Notes under the pieces: generated by a model
What the model saw: the letters and a program-made list of their open reading frames with translations, nothing else
Databases searched by the model: none
What the model was told of the DNA's origin: nothing
DNA from: an uncultured Candidatus Rokubacteria bacterium
Lineage (GTDB): Bacteria; Methylomirabilota; Methylomirabilia; Rokubacteriales; CSP1-6
NCBI GenBank assembly: GCA_963747235.1
Contig: CAVVEU010000027.1
Location: forward strand, 29,689-93,688
Direction of reading: 5' to 3'
DNA length: 64,000 nucleotides
Translations under genes and position numbers: made by a program
Shown: positions 1-13,283 of the stretch, in pieces
Position numbering within the stretch: position 1 is the first letter of the stretch
How the letters are laid out: each line of letters begins with the position of its first letter

Positions 1-553
1 CCTCAAGGAGCGGATCATCTTCCTCCCGACCTATATCGAGGATGAGATCGCCAACCTGGTCATCGCCCAGATGCTGTTCCTGGAAGCCGAGGACCCGGAC
101 AAGGACATCTACCTCTACGTCAATTCGCCCGGCGGGTCGGTGACCGCGGGCATGGCCATCTACGACACGATGCAGTACGTGAAGCCGGCCATCTCGACCA
201 TCTGCATGGGCCAGGCCGCCTCGATGGGCGCGCTGCTGCTGGCCGCGGGCGGGAAGGGCAAGCGCTTCGCGCTGCCCCACGCGCGCATCATGATCCACCA
301 GCCGCTGGGCGGCGTGCAGGGCCAGGCCACCGACATCGACATCCAGGCCAGGGAGATCCTCCGGATGCGCGAGGAGCTGAACCGCATCCTGGTGCACCAC
401 ACCGGCCAGTCCATGGAGAAGATCCAGAAGGACACGGATCGCGACTTCTTCATGACCGCCGAGCAGGCCAAGGAATACCGGATCGTGGACGAGGTCATCT
501 CCTCCAAGCCGACCACGCGGTCCGTCGCCGAAGTGGTCGTCACCACCAAGTAA
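1..553 (+). CDS. clpP: ATP-dependent Clp protease proteolytic subunit (5' truncated by window edge)
   Basis: [17 protein letters not shown] and MIHQP motifs; frame is open from the window edge (LKERIIFL...). Confidence 0.97.
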   Translation, partial: LKERIIFLPTYIEDEIANLVIAQMLFLEAEDPDKDIYLYVNSPGGSVTAGMAIYDTMQYVKPAISTICMGQAASMGALLLAAGGKGKRFALPHARIMIHQPLGGVQGQATDIDIQAREILRMREELNRILVHHTGQSMEKIQKDTDRDFFMTAEQAKEYRIVDEVISSKPTTRSVAEVVVTTK

Positions 554-562
554 GGACCGGCC

Positions 563-1810
<1,248 letters not shown>

Positions 1811-1819
1811 CTCTCTTCA

Positions 1820-1854
1820 CCCTCTCCCCGGTGGGGAGAGGGCAGGGTGAGGGG
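1820..1854. repeat. REP-like palindromic repeat (CCCTCTCCCC-N-GGGGAGAGGG-CAGGGTGAGGGG)
   Basis: Hairpin plus tail; near-identical copies at 53288-53366, 57171-57206 and 62757-62792. Confidence 0.85.
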
Positions 1855-1861
1855 CTCTCCG

Positions 1862-2464
1862 ATGACGTCGCTCCGAGCCGCCCTCTGTTTCGTTCTGCTG
1901 TTCCCGCTCGGTCCCGCTGCCGCCCAGCCCGTCGCGCTCGATGACTACCTTCAGATGCGCCGCTCCCTGGACATGGCCCGGGACGGCGCCGCGCGCGCCG
2001 CGCTCGAGCCACAGGCGGCCGCGGCCCTCGACACGCTGCTGGCCACGGCCCGCCGGAGCTCACGCCTCGTGATCCTGATGGAGCGCCGCCCCGGCTACGA
2101 GACGACGCCCGCGGTGCAGACGGCCCGGCTGGTGGCCCGCGAGGGCCGCGTCACCCTGCAGGCGCTGGCGGGCCCGCGGCCGCAGTCGCCGGACTGGGAG
2201 CGCGCGGGGGTGGTGGAGACGGACGCGTACCTGGCGGTGCTGGACCGGCTGCTGCGCGACCCGGTGCTGGCCGCCGACTGGCCCGCGCCGCGCTTCGACC
2301 CGAACGCCCCCGGTCCGCGCCAGGCGATCGTCGTGCGGCTGGCCATCGGGGAGGACGAGCGGGAGATGCAGGCGCTCGCGGGCGCGCCCTACGAGCGGCT
2401 GGCCGCGCTGGCGAGCGCGCTCCTGGAATTCTGCCGCTCCGTGCCGCTGCACGCGACGCCCTGA
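1862..2464 (+). CDS. Hypothetical exported protein
   Basis: ORF with signal-peptide-like N-terminus (MTSLRAALCFVLLFPLGPAAA-Q). Confidence 0.65.
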   Translation: MTSLRAALCFVLLFPLGPAAAQPVALDDYLQMRRSLDMARDGAARAALEPQAAAALDTLLATARRSSRLVILMERRPGYETTPAVQTARLVAREGRVTLQALAGPRPQSPDWERAGVVETDAYLAVLDRLLRDPVLAADWPAPRFDPNAPGPRQAIVVRLAIGEDEREMQALAGAPYERLAALASALLEFCRSVPLHATP

Positions 2465-2468
2465 TCCG

Positions 2469-3167
2469 ATGGCCGGCACCCTCTACGTGGTGGCGACCCC
2501 GCTGGGCAATCTGGAGGACATCACGCTGCGCGCGCTCCGCGTCCTGAAGGAGGTCGCGCTCATCGCCTGCGAGGACACGCGCCGCACCCGCATCCTCCTC
2601 ACCCACTTCGGCATCCACGCGCCGGTCACGAGCTACTTCGAGCACAACAAGCTCCGCAAGGCGGCGCGCCTGCTCGAGACGCTCCAGGCCGGCCAGTCGG
2701 TGGCCCTGGTCACCGACGCGGGCACCCCCGGCATCTCGGACCCCGGCTTTCTCCTCGTCAAGCAGGCGCGGGAGGCCGGCATCCCGGTGGTGCCGGTGCC
2801 GGGCCCCTCGGCGGTGGCGGCGGCGCTGTCCGCGGCCGGGGTGCCCGCCGACCGCTTCCTCTTCGAGGGGTTCCTGCCCGTGAAGCCGGGCCGGCGCCTG
2901 CATCGGCTGGAAGCCCTGCGCGATCTCGAGCTGACCGTGGTCTGCTACGAGTCGCCGCACCGCATCCTCGCCTCGCTGGAGGCGATCGCGCAGGTCTTCG
3001 GCGAGCGCGAGATCGTGGTGGCGCGGGAGATGACCAAGACGTTCGAGGAGATCGTGCGCGGTCCCGCGGCGGCGCTGCGCGAGCGCTTCGCGGCGGGGAC
3101 GGCGCGGGGCGAGTTCACGGTGATCATTCCCGTCCCCTCACGGATGCCCGCCGCGCCTTTGGAGTAG
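2469..3167 (+). CDS. rsmI: 16S rRNA (cytidine1402-2'-O)-methyltransferase
   Basis: GTLYVVATPLGNLEDIT, ACEDTR, DAGTPGISDPG, YESPHR. Confidence 0.95.
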   Translation: MAGTLYVVATPLGNLEDITLRALRVLKEVALIACEDTRRTRILLTHFGIHAPVTSYFEHNKLRKAARLLETLQAGQSVALVTDAGTPGISDPGFLLVKQAREAGIPVVPVPGPSAVAAALSAAGVPADRFLFEGFLPVKPGRRLHRLEALRDLELTVVCYESPHRILASLEAIAQVFGEREIVVAREMTKTFEEIVRGPAAALRERFAAGTARGEFTVIIPVPSRMPAAPLE

Positions 3168-3190
3168 CGCGGCCGCGCCGCGGTGGTAGA

Positions 3191-3934
3191 GTGACGGCAG
3201 TGGCTACGCGAACGGCGCTCCGGTGGATGGTGATGGCCGCGGTCCTGGCGAGCGTCGCGCTCGGTGGCCGCCCCGCCGCCGCCGAGTGGTTCGCCGACCT
3301 CTACGCGGGGTCGAGCTTCACCCAGAAGAGCGATCTCAAGCTGAACGACCAGGGCATCGGTCCCGGCACCTACGAGGACGTGGAGTTCGATCGATCGCTG
3401 GCCTGGGGCGGCCGCGCCGGCCGCTTCTTCGACACCGTGCCCTTCCTGGGCCTGGGTCTCGACTTCTTCCGGTACTACCCGTATCTCGGCCCGCAGTCGG
3501 TCCAGCTCCGCGGGTGCTTCTACCCGGGCGGTTGCGGCAGCGGGCGCGGCGGGACCGGCTCGTTCGACGTGGAGACCACCGCGGTGTCGGTGGACCTGAT
3601 GCTGCGGCTGCCCCTGCTCAAGAGCGAGGACGCCCCCCAGGGCCGGGTGCAGCCCTACGTGGCCGCGGGCCCGCCGCTCTTCATGACCACGATCACCCCG
3701 CGGCACACGCGGAGCTTCCGGAACCACGATTCCGACACCGACTTCTCGTTCGGCTACAAGCTGGCCGGGGGTGTCGCGGTCCAGATCGTCAGGAACCTCG
3801 CCCTGTTCGGAGAATACCGCTTCACCCACGTCTCCCCCGAGGTGGAGCTGCGCGACGCCTCCAACCGCAAGACCACGCTGCGGGCGGATCTCGACACCCA
3901 CTCCGCCCTCTTCGGCCTCTCCGCGCGCTGGTAG
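3191..3934 (+). CDS. Outer-membrane beta-barrel protein
   Basis: Signal peptide, alternating strands (QPYVAAG, LFGEYRF), C-terminal aromatic residue (ARW). Confidence 0.75.
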   Translation: MTAVATRTALRWMVMAAVLASVALGGRPAAAEWFADLYAGSSFTQKSDLKLNDQGIGPGTYEDVEFDRSLAWGGRAGRFFDTVPFLGLGLDFFRYYPYLGPQSVQLRGCFYPGGCGSGRGGTGSFDVETTAVSVDLMLRLPLLKSEDAPQGRVQPYVAAGPPLFMTTITPRHTRSFRNHDSDTDFSFGYKLAGGVAVQIVRNLALFGEYRFTHVSPEVELRDASNRKTTLRADLDTHSALFGLSARW

Positions 3935-3998
3935 CCATCGCGCCGGGCGGGCAGGTTCTTCCCGCCGCCCCCGGAGGTATCCCGTATACTAGGGCGCC

Positions 3999-4787
3999 AT
4001 GTTGATCCCCAAGGCCCTCACCATCGCCGGCTCCGATTCCGGCGGCGGCGCGGGAATCCAGGCGGATCTCAAGACGTTCTCCGCGTTCCGGGTGTTCGGC
4101 ATGTCGGTGATCACCGCGGTGACGGCGCAGAACTCGCTCGGGGTCCAGGGTGTGGAGAACCTGCCGCCCGCGTTCGTGGCGCGGCAGCTTCGCTCCGTCC
4201 TGGAGGACTTCGGCGCCGACGCGGCCAAGTGCGGCATGCTCTCGACCGCGCCCATCATCGAAGCGGTGGCGGCCGAGCTCACCGGCCACCGCATCGAGAA
4301 GCTGGTGGTGGACCCGGTCATGGTCGCCAAGTCGGGTGACCAGCTCCTGCAGCCCGAGGCCCGCGCGGCCCTCGCCGACCGCATCCTCCCGCTGGCCTTG
4401 CTCGTCACCCCCAACCTGCCGGAGGCGGAAGTGCTCGCCGGGATGCGGGTCGCCGAGCCCGAGGACATGGAAGAGGCGGCCCGGCGCATCCATCTGATGG
4501 GCCCGCGGTACGTGCTGGTGAAGGGGGGCCATCTGAAGGGCGACGCGACCGACCTGCTCTGGAACGGACGCGAGTTCACGCGATTCTCCACGCCTCGGAT
4601 CGATTCGCAGAACACCCACGGCACCGGCTGCACCTTCTCGGCCGCCATCGCGGCCGGGCTCGCGCGCGGCCAGGCGCTGGGCGACGCGATCCGGTCGGCC
4701 AAGGCGTACGTCACGCGGGCGATCCGCGAGGGCTTCCAGGCGGGCCGCGGCGTGGGCCAGCTCCGCCACTTCATCCCGGACTGGTGA
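3999..4787 (+). CDS. thiD: Hydroxymethylpyrimidine/phosphomethylpyrimidine kinase
   Basis: LTIAGSDSGGGAGIQADLKTF, TPNLPEA, THGTGCT. Confidence 0.95.
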   Translation: MLIPKALTIAGSDSGGGAGIQADLKTFSAFRVFGMSVITAVTAQNSLGVQGVENLPPAFVARQLRSVLEDFGADAAKCGMLSTAPIIEAVAAELTGHRIEKLVVDPVMVAKSGDQLLQPEARAALADRILPLALLVTPNLPEAEVLAGMRVAEPEDMEEAARRIHLMGPRYVLVKGGHLKGDATDLLWNGREFTRFSTPRIDSQNTHGTGCTFSAAIAAGLARGQALGDAIRSAKAYVTRAIREGFQAGRGVGQLRHFIPDW

Positions 4788-5572
4788 TGAGCGAGCCCGA
4801 GGCGAACGCCAGCCCCGAGGCCGCGGGGATCGATGAGCACGGCAAGATGTCGTTCTTCGACCACCTGACGGAGCTGCGCACCCGCATCGTCTGGAGCCTC
4901 ATCCCCTCGGCCATCGGACTCGGCATCTCGCTGTACTTCACCACCGCGGTGATGAAGTTCCTCACGCGCGATCTCAAGACCGAGCTGGTCTTCACCACGC
5001 CCACCGAGGCCTTCTGGACGTACATGAAGGTGGCCATGATCATGGGCCTCTTCATCGCGATGCCGATCATCCTCTGGAACGTGTGGGCCTTCGTGGCCCC
5101 GGGCCTGCACAAGCACGAGCGCAAGTACGCGGCGCCCTTCGTGATCGTCGGGTCGCTGCTCTTCATCGCGGGCGGGGCGTTCGCGCTCTTCGTGATCGTG
5201 CCCTTCGCGATCGACTTCCTGGTGAGCTTCGGGCAGGACCAGGGCCTCAAGGCCATGATCACGGTCTCGAGCTACGTCGACTTCATCTTGAAGTTCACGC
5301 TGGCCTTCGGGGTGGTGTTCGAGATGCCGGTGGTGATCACGCTGCTGTCCATGCTCGGCATCGTGACGCCCCAGTTCCTCTCCAAGAACCGGAAGTACGC
5401 GATCCTGATCAACTTCATCATCGCGGCCGTGCTGACCCCGACCCCCGACATCGTGAACCAGTCCCTGATGGCCGGCCCGCTCATCATCCTGTACGAGATC
5501 GGCATCATCTGCGCCCGCGTGGTCACGCGGAGGAAGGCCAGGCCGCCGAAGGCCGAGGAGGTCGCGAAGTGA
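4784..5572 (+). CDS. tatC: Twin-arginine translocase subunit TatC
   Basis: HLTELRTR, FVAPGL, FEMPV, AAVLTPTPD; multiple TM segments. Confidence 0.95.
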   Translation: MMSEPEANASPEAAGIDEHGKMSFFDHLTELRTRIVWSLIPSAIGLGISLYFTTAVMKFLTRDLKTELVFTTPTEAFWTYMKVAMIMGLFIAMPIILWNVWAFVAPGLHKHERKYAAPFVIVGSLLFIAGGAFALFVIVPFAIDFLVSFGQDQGLKAMITVSSYVDFILKFTLAFGVVFEMPVVITLLSMLGIVTPQFLSKNRKYAILINFIIAAVLTPTPDIVNQSLMAGPLIILYEIGIICARVVTRRKARPPKAEEVAK

Positions 5573-6897
5573 GCCCGCTCTCGTTCTCGGCGCTGGACCT
5601 GCCCGGGCCGGTGCGCCGCGGCATCGAGGACGCGGGCTTCGCCGCCACCACCGCCATCCAGGAGGCGGCCCTGCCGCTCGCCCTGCGGGGCAAGGACGTG
5701 GCCGGCCAGTCCCAGACCGGCACCGGCAAGACCGCCGCCTTCCTGATCGCGGCCTTCACGCGTTGCCTGACCTACCCCGCCCCCGCCCGCAGCGGCGCGA
5801 CCGCGCCCCGCGTGCTCATCATCGCGCCCACCCGCGAGCTGGTGGTGCAGATCGAGGCGGACGCGCGGCTGCTCGGCGCGCACACCGGCCTGCGTATCCT
5901 CTCGGTCTACGGGGGCATCGACTACAACAAGCAGCGCGAGGACCTCCGGGAGGGCTGCGACGTGCTGGTCGGCACGCCGGGCCGGCTCATCGACTATCTG
6001 AAACAGCACGTGTGGTCGCCGGCCCGCGTCGAGGTGCTCGTCATCGACGAGGCCGACCGGATGTTCGACATGGGGTTCATCGCCGACCTCCGCTTCATCC
6101 TGCGGCGGCTGCCCAAGCCGGAGAAGCGGCAGTCGTTCCTGTTCTCGGCCACGCTTTCGTTCCGGGTGATGGAGCTGACCTGGGAGTTCATGAACAATCC
6201 GGTCCAGATCAGCATCACCCCGCAGCAGAAGACGGTGGAGAAGGCGGAGCAGGTGCTCTACCACGTCGGCCGGGAGGAGAAGTTCAATCTTCTCCTGGGG
6301 CTCCTGCGCCGCGAGGGCGGCAGCCGCATCCTGATCTTCTCGAACACGCGCGAGGAAGCGCGGCGGCTCGAGGATCGCCTGGGCCGGAACGGCTGGCAGG
6401 CCCGCGCGCTGACCGGCGACGTGGACCAGAAGAAGCGGCTCAAGATCCTGAACGACTTCAAGGACGGGCAGCTCCCGATCCTGGTCGCCACCGACGTGGC
6501 GTCGCGGGGTCTCCACATCGAGGGCGTGAGCCACGTCGTCAACTGGGACATGCCGCAGGACGCCGAGGACTACGTGCACCGCATCGGGCGCACCGCGCGG
6601 GCGGGCGCGGCCGGCAAGGCGATCAGCCTGGTGGACGAGGCGGGCGCGCTCGCGCTCGAGCCCATCGAGAAGTTCATCAGCCAGAAGATCCACGTGGACT
6701 GGGCGGAGGACGAGCTCTACCTGCCCGAGATCAAGCCCACCAGCGAGGAGCGCCGTCGCTACGCCGAGGAGAAGCGCGCGCGCATGGCGGCCCGCGGCGG
6801 CAGCGGTGGGCGGGGCGGCGGCCCGGGACGTCCGGGCGGTGGCGGCGGGGGCGGCCGGCGCGACGGGCGCTCCTCCGGCCGCGGCCCGCGCCGCTAG
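5569..6897 (+). CDS. DEAD-box RNA helicase (RhlB/RhlE-like)
   Basis: QTGTGKT, PTREL, DEADRM, SAT, HRIGRTAR, Gly/Arg-rich tail; GTG start overlaps the tatC stop. Confidence 0.93.
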   Translation: MSPLSFSALDLPGPVRRGIEDAGFAATTAIQEAALPLALRGKDVAGQSQTGTGKTAAFLIAAFTRCLTYPAPARSGATAPRVLIIAPTRELVVQIEADARLLGAHTGLRILSVYGGIDYNKQREDLREGCDVLVGTPGRLIDYLKQHVWSPARVEVLVIDEADRMFDMGFIADLRFILRRLPKPEKRQSFLFSATLSFRVMELTWEFMNNPVQISITPQQKTVEKAEQVLYHVGREEKFNLLLGLLRREGGSRILIFSNTREEARRLEDRLGRNGWQARALTGDVDQKKRLKILNDFKDGQLPILVATDVASRGLHIEGVSHVVNWDMPQDAEDYVHRIGRTARAGAAGKAISLVDEAGALALEPIEKFISQKIHVDWAEDELYLPEIKPTSEERRRYAEEKRARMAARGGSGGRGGGPGRPGGGGGGGRRDGRSSGRGPRR

Positions 6898-6939
6898 CTC
6901 CCCTCTCCCCGCGGGCGCGCGATCGACCTCCGCCTGCGA

Positions 6940-7596
6940 CTGCCGACCCGGAGCGTCGCCTCGCCGCCACGCTGGCCACCGGGTGGCGCGACTTCCTCTA
7001 CGCCCCCGGTCCCGGCTTCATCTCGCCGCTCGATCCCGGGCGCCTACCGCTCGAGCTTCGTGGTCGTCCCGACCCAGCGGCCCGGCGGTCCGCGTCTCGT
7101 CTCTCGTCGTGCCCGCCTTCGGCGGCGACCTGTGTCGCCTTCGGCTCGAGGCGCTCGAGCGCGACCCCTCCGAGAGCTTCGGCTCCTTCTTCGAGGTCAC
7201 GCGGACCGGCCGCGTCTACGCGCTGACGCCCGATCGCTCGGCGGCGGCCGCGCGGGCTCCCGAGCGGGCGGAGTGGCGCTACGAGGGCCCGGCGCTGGCC
7301 TCCCGGCTCGGTCGGATCAGCGGCCTGCGGCTGCTTCGCGAGCGGGTCCGCGGCCGGGACTTTTCCTGGCAGGCGGACCGCGGGCCGTGCTCACGGACGC
7401 CGCCGGCGGGCGAGTGTCTTCTGCTGAGCGGGGCGAGCCGTCGGAGACCGCGCTCTTCCTGCCGTCGCCCGGTCTGTTCCGCGCCGTCCTCGACCCGGGC
7501 GCTCCGCCAACCCCCGGGGTGACGTGCGCGACCTGCTCGGCTACGGCGCGTGGCCCGGCGACCTCGATGATCACGGTGGAGCTGCTCCCCTTGTAA
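6940..7596 (+). pseudogene. Hypothetical coding segment broken across several frames
   Basis: Protein-like stretches in three successive frames with no clear start. Confidence 0.3.
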
Positions 7597-7692
7597 CCGG
7601 GTGGGCGCGGGGTCGAGGCTGGCACGGTCGCACGGGGAGGTGTAGGGTGACCCCGATCATCCGCGAGCCATTCCTGTGACAAGGAGGAATCC

Positions 7693-8205
7693 ATGGCGAC
7701 CAAGACCAAGGCGACGGCGTCGAAGAGGCCGGTGTCGCGAAAGCCGGCCAAGGTGAAGCCGATCCCCGACGGATACCATTCGATCACGCCGTACGTGATC
7801 ATCGACGGCGCCGCCCGCGCCATCGAGTTCTACAAGCAGGCCTTCGGCGCGAAGGAGCTCATGCGCATCCCGTCGCCCGGCGACGGATCGGGCACGCCGA
7901 GATCAAGGTCGGCGACTCCGTGATCATGCTGGCCGACGAGCACCCCGAGATGGACGCGCGGGCCCCACGCACTACGGCGGCTCCCCGGTCAGCCTCTGAT
8001 CTACGTGACGGACGTGGACAAGCAGTTCAAGCAGGCCCTCGCCGCCGGCGGCACCGAGGTGCGGCCGGTGACGGACCAGTTCTACGGCGATCGCTCGGGC
8101 ACGCTCCGGGATCCCTTCGGCCACACCTGGCACATCTACACGCACACCGAGGACGTCAGCCCGGCCGAGCTGAAGCGCCGCATGGCGGCGATGAAGAAGG
8201 ACTAG
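7693..8205 (+). CDS. VOC/glyoxalase (PhnB-like) protein, frameshifted
   Basis: IPDGYHSITPY, AIEFYKQAFGA, DQFYGDRSGTLRDPFGHTW; indels near 7880-8000. Confidence 0.85.
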
Positions 8206-8207
8206 CC

Positions 8208-8599
8208 GGGGTCAGGTCTTGAATTACGACATTTCCTGACTGGTGGGTGTGCCTTGATTGGCACACTTGAGGGCGCAGACGCCGGAGCGGTAGCGTGGAC
8301 GCCATGTCCCGGCCGCTCCGGCTCCAGCTCCCTGGCGGGTTTTGGCAGCCACCGTCGCCCGCTATCGCGTGCTGTGTCACGCTAAGGCCGAGCGGAATGC
8401 CCGCGTTGTCGTGGCGGTTCGGTACCACGGGTACTCGATGAGGGAGGTCGCGGAATTTCTAGGCCGCCACTACGCCACGGTAAGCCGCATCCTGGCCCAC
8501 GCGGCCGGAATGTCGTATCGCAAGACCTGACCCAAGATCTAGAACCTGGACAGGCCTCCGCGCCTGGGTCGAAAATGTCGCAATTCAAGACCTGACCCC
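8208..8599 (+). mobile_element. Internally deleted RAYT-like (tyrosine transposase) remnant / MITE-like element
   Basis: 27-bp inverted repeats at 8208-8234 and 8573-8599 (26/27 match), a third copy at 8509-8533; interior encodes MSRPLRLQLPGGF and an HTH ([20 protein letters not shown]). Confidence 0.7.
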
Positions 8600-8602
8600 G
8601 GG

Positions 8603-10403
<1,801 letters not shown>

Positions 10404-10502
10404 GGCTTTCACTGTACCACGGATGGAGTGGCGAACCAGCGCGCGGCTGGGGCATAATGACGAGTCCAATCCGGCGTCCCACGTTGCCAAGGAGGCTCAT
10501 TC

Positions 10503-11084
10503 GTGAAGGCTCGCGTCGCCATCATCGCGCTCGTCGCGCTGTTCGTCACGCTCGTGCTGCCCGTCCCCGGCCCGATCGGGCCCGTCGGCGCCCAGCAGCC
10601 GACCCCACCCGCACCCAAGGAAGCCCCCAAAGGAGGCAAGAAGGTGAAACAGACGGCCGTCATCACCATGGAGAAGGGCGGCGAGATCGCGCTCGAGTTC
10701 TTTCCGGAGGATGCGCCCAAGACGGTGGAGAACTTCGTGACGCTGGCCAAGAAGGGCTACTACGACGGGGTGACCTTCCACCGCGTGGAGCCGAACTTCG
10801 TGGTCCAGGGCGGCGATCCCAAGGGCAACGGCACCGGGGGCCCCGGCTACACCATCAAGGACGAGTTCAACAAGCAGAAGCACGTCCGCGGCGTGCTGGC
10901 GATGGCGCGCACCCAGGCCCCGAACTCGGCGGGCAGCCAGTTCTACATCACGCTGGCCCCCGCCCACTTCCTGGACGGCCAGTACACCGTCTTCGGGCGG
11001 GTGACCTCGGGCATGGAGATCGTGGACAAGATCAAGGTGGGCGACAAGATGAAGTCGGTGAAGATCACCGAAGCCCCCCAGTAA
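10503..11084 (+). CDS. Cyclophilin-type peptidyl-prolyl isomerase
   Basis: APKTVENF, FHRV, QGGDP, SAGSQFYI, LDGQYTVFG; signal peptide. Confidence 0.93.
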   Translation: MKARVAIIALVALFVTLVLPVPGPIGPVGAQQPTPPAPKEAPKGGKKVKQTAVITMEKGGEIALEFFPEDAPKTVENFVTLAKKGYYDGVTFHRVEPNFVVQGGDPKGNGTGGPGYTIKDEFNKQKHVRGVLAMARTQAPNSAGSQFYITLAPAHFLDGQYTVFGRVTSGMEIVDKIKVGDKMKSVKITEAPQ

Positions 11085-11088
11085 CGCC

Positions 11089-12688
11089 ATGCCCTGGTCG
11101 CTCCTGATCCGGAACGGCACGGTGGTGGACGGCAGCGGCGCGCCCGCGCGCGCCGCCGACGTCGCGGTGGAGGGCGATCGCATCGCGGCGGTGGGGCCGG
11201 GGCTGGCCGGCGAGGCGGATCGGGTGATCGACGCCAAGGGCCTGATGGTCGCCCCCGGCTTCATCGACATCCACTCGCACTCGGACCTGGTCTACGACAA
11301 GTGCCCGTCGGCCGAGTCCAAGGTGCGCCAGGGCGTCACCACCGAGGTGGTCGGCATGTGCAGCTTCTCGCCGGCCCCGGTCGCCCCGGGCCGCGCGGAT
11401 CTGGTGCAGGAGTGGGCGGGTGGCATCGGCGGCAAGATCCCCATCACCTGGAACACCTTCGGCGAGTACCTCGATCACCTGCGGGCGCTCGGCCCCTCGG
11501 TGAACATCGTGCAGTTCGTGGGCCACGGGGCGCTGCGGCTGGCCGCGGTCGGGGCCGCGGCGCGCGCGGTGACGCCGGAGGAGCAGCAGGGCATGGAGCG
11601 GCTGCTCGCGGAAGCGCTCGACGCGGGCGCCTTCGGCTTCTCCACCGGGCTCGTGTACGCGCCCAGCGTCTACGGCAACACCGACGAGCTGGTGGGGCTC
11701 GCCCGCAGCATGGCGAGCCGCGGCGGGCTCTACTTCTCGCACATCCGGGGCGAGGCGGCCACGCTCGAGCAGGCGGCCGAGGAAGCCATCACGATCGGCG
11801 AGCGGGGCGGGGTGCCGGTGCAGATCGCCCACGTGAAGGCCTCGGGCCGCGAGAACTGGGGCAAGATGGACCGCGTCCTGCGCCTGATCGACGGCGCCCG
11901 CGCCCGCGGCGTGGACGTGACCGGCGACGTCTATCCCTACCCGGCGGGCAGCACCAAGATGGACAACCTGCTCCCGTCGTGGATGCACGACGGCGGCATC
12001 TCGAAGCTGCTCGAGCGGCTCACCGATCCCAAGGCGCGGCAGCGCGCGATCGGCGACTGCCTGGTGGACGGCGAGCGCTGGCGCACCGGCTCGGGCGGCA
12101 TGGGCTGGGACGAGATCATGATCGCCACGTGCTCGAAGCCGGAGCTGGCCGGCATCCACATCGCGGAGCTGGCCCGGCGCACCGGCAAGGAGCCGGCCCA
12201 GGCCATGATGGATCTGGTGATGGAGGAGCGCGCCGGCGTCTCGATGGTGGTCTTCTCCCAGAGCGAGGAGAACGTGGGCACCGCGCTCGAGCTACGCCCA
12301 CAACATGGTGGGCTCGGACTCGCTGTCGCTGCACGCCGGCCCGGGTCCGCATCCCGGCAAGCCCCACCCGCGCAGCTACGGGACGTTCCCGCGCGTGCTC
12401 GGCGTCTACTGCCGCGAGAAGCGGCTCTTCTCCTGGGAGACCGCGGTGCACAAGATGACCGGCATGCCCGCGACCAAGCTCGGCCTGAAGGACCGCGGGG
12501 TGGTGCAGGGCGGCCGCGCCGCCGACCTGACGCTCTTCGATCCGGCCACGGTGCGCGACGAGGCGACGTTCCCGGATCCGCACCGCCATCCGGTCGGCAT
12601 CCCCTACGTCATCGTCAACGGCCGGGTGGTGGTGGACGGCGCCCGCTACCACGCGGTGCCGGCCGGCCGCGTGCTGACGCCTCAGTAG
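11089..12688 (+). CDS. N-acyl-D-amino-acid deacylase family amidohydrolase (frameshift near 12292)
   Basis: APGFIDIHSHSD, GFSTGLVYAP, HPRSYGTFPRVLG. Confidence 0.9.
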
Positions 12689-13044
12689 CTCACGCAGGGA
12701 GTGCCGTCGGAGAGAAACTCGACGAGCTTGGCGCCGCCCCCGATCGTGGCGCCGGCCACCAGGTTGTTCTCGTCGAGCTTGCGCTTCTTGAAGCAGGGCG
12801 AGCAGACCAGCATCGAGCCGCCCGCCTTGACCAGGTTCTCCATCAGCTCCTTGAGCGGGGCGAAGCCCTCTTCGCGGATGTCATCCGCGTAGCCCTTCTG
12901 AGCAAGGCGGACTCCCTCGATGCTGAGAAAGACCAGGGTCTCCTTGCCGGATCCGGCGGCCGCATTGGCGATGACGAAGGCCACCGTCGCCTTGTCGGGG
13001 TTGTCCTTGGCACAGGTGAGGTTCACGCAGAACTTGGTGGCCAT
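12682..13044 (-). CDS. DsrE-family sulfur relay protein
   Basis: DKATVAF, VFLSIEGV, CSPC, GGAKLVEF. Confidence 0.85.
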   Translation of the reverse strand: MATKFCVNLTCAKDNPDKATVAFVIANAAAGSGKETLVFLSIEGVRLAQKGYADDIREEGFAPLKELMENLVKAGGSMLVCSPCFKKRKLDENNLVAGATIGGGAKLVEFLSDGTPCVSY

Positions 13045-13047
13045 GGC

Positions 13048-13263
13048 TCAATTCTCCTTGCGCTGGATGAGGTAGACCGGGGGCTGTCCCCCGACCAGCG
13101 CGTGTCCGGTCATCCGGCACCAGGCCGGGATGTCGGCCGGCGCGCCCGGATCGCGGGCCGTCAGCCTCATGATCTGCCCCGGCTTCATGGTGTCAAGACG
13201 GAAGCGCAGCTCGAGGATCAGCTCTCCGCATCCGAGGTGGCCGGCGTCCCATTCGGCGCCCAT
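13048..13263 (-). CDS. TusA-family sulfur carrier
   Basis: WDAGHLGCGEL..DPGAPADIPAWCRMTGH. Confidence 0.85.
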   Translation of the reverse strand: MGAEWDAGHLGCGELILELRFRLDTMKPGQIMRLTARDPGAPADIPAWCRMTGHALVGGQPPVYLIQRKEN

Positions 13264-13283
13264 CCGGGCCGCCGCGTGACCCA

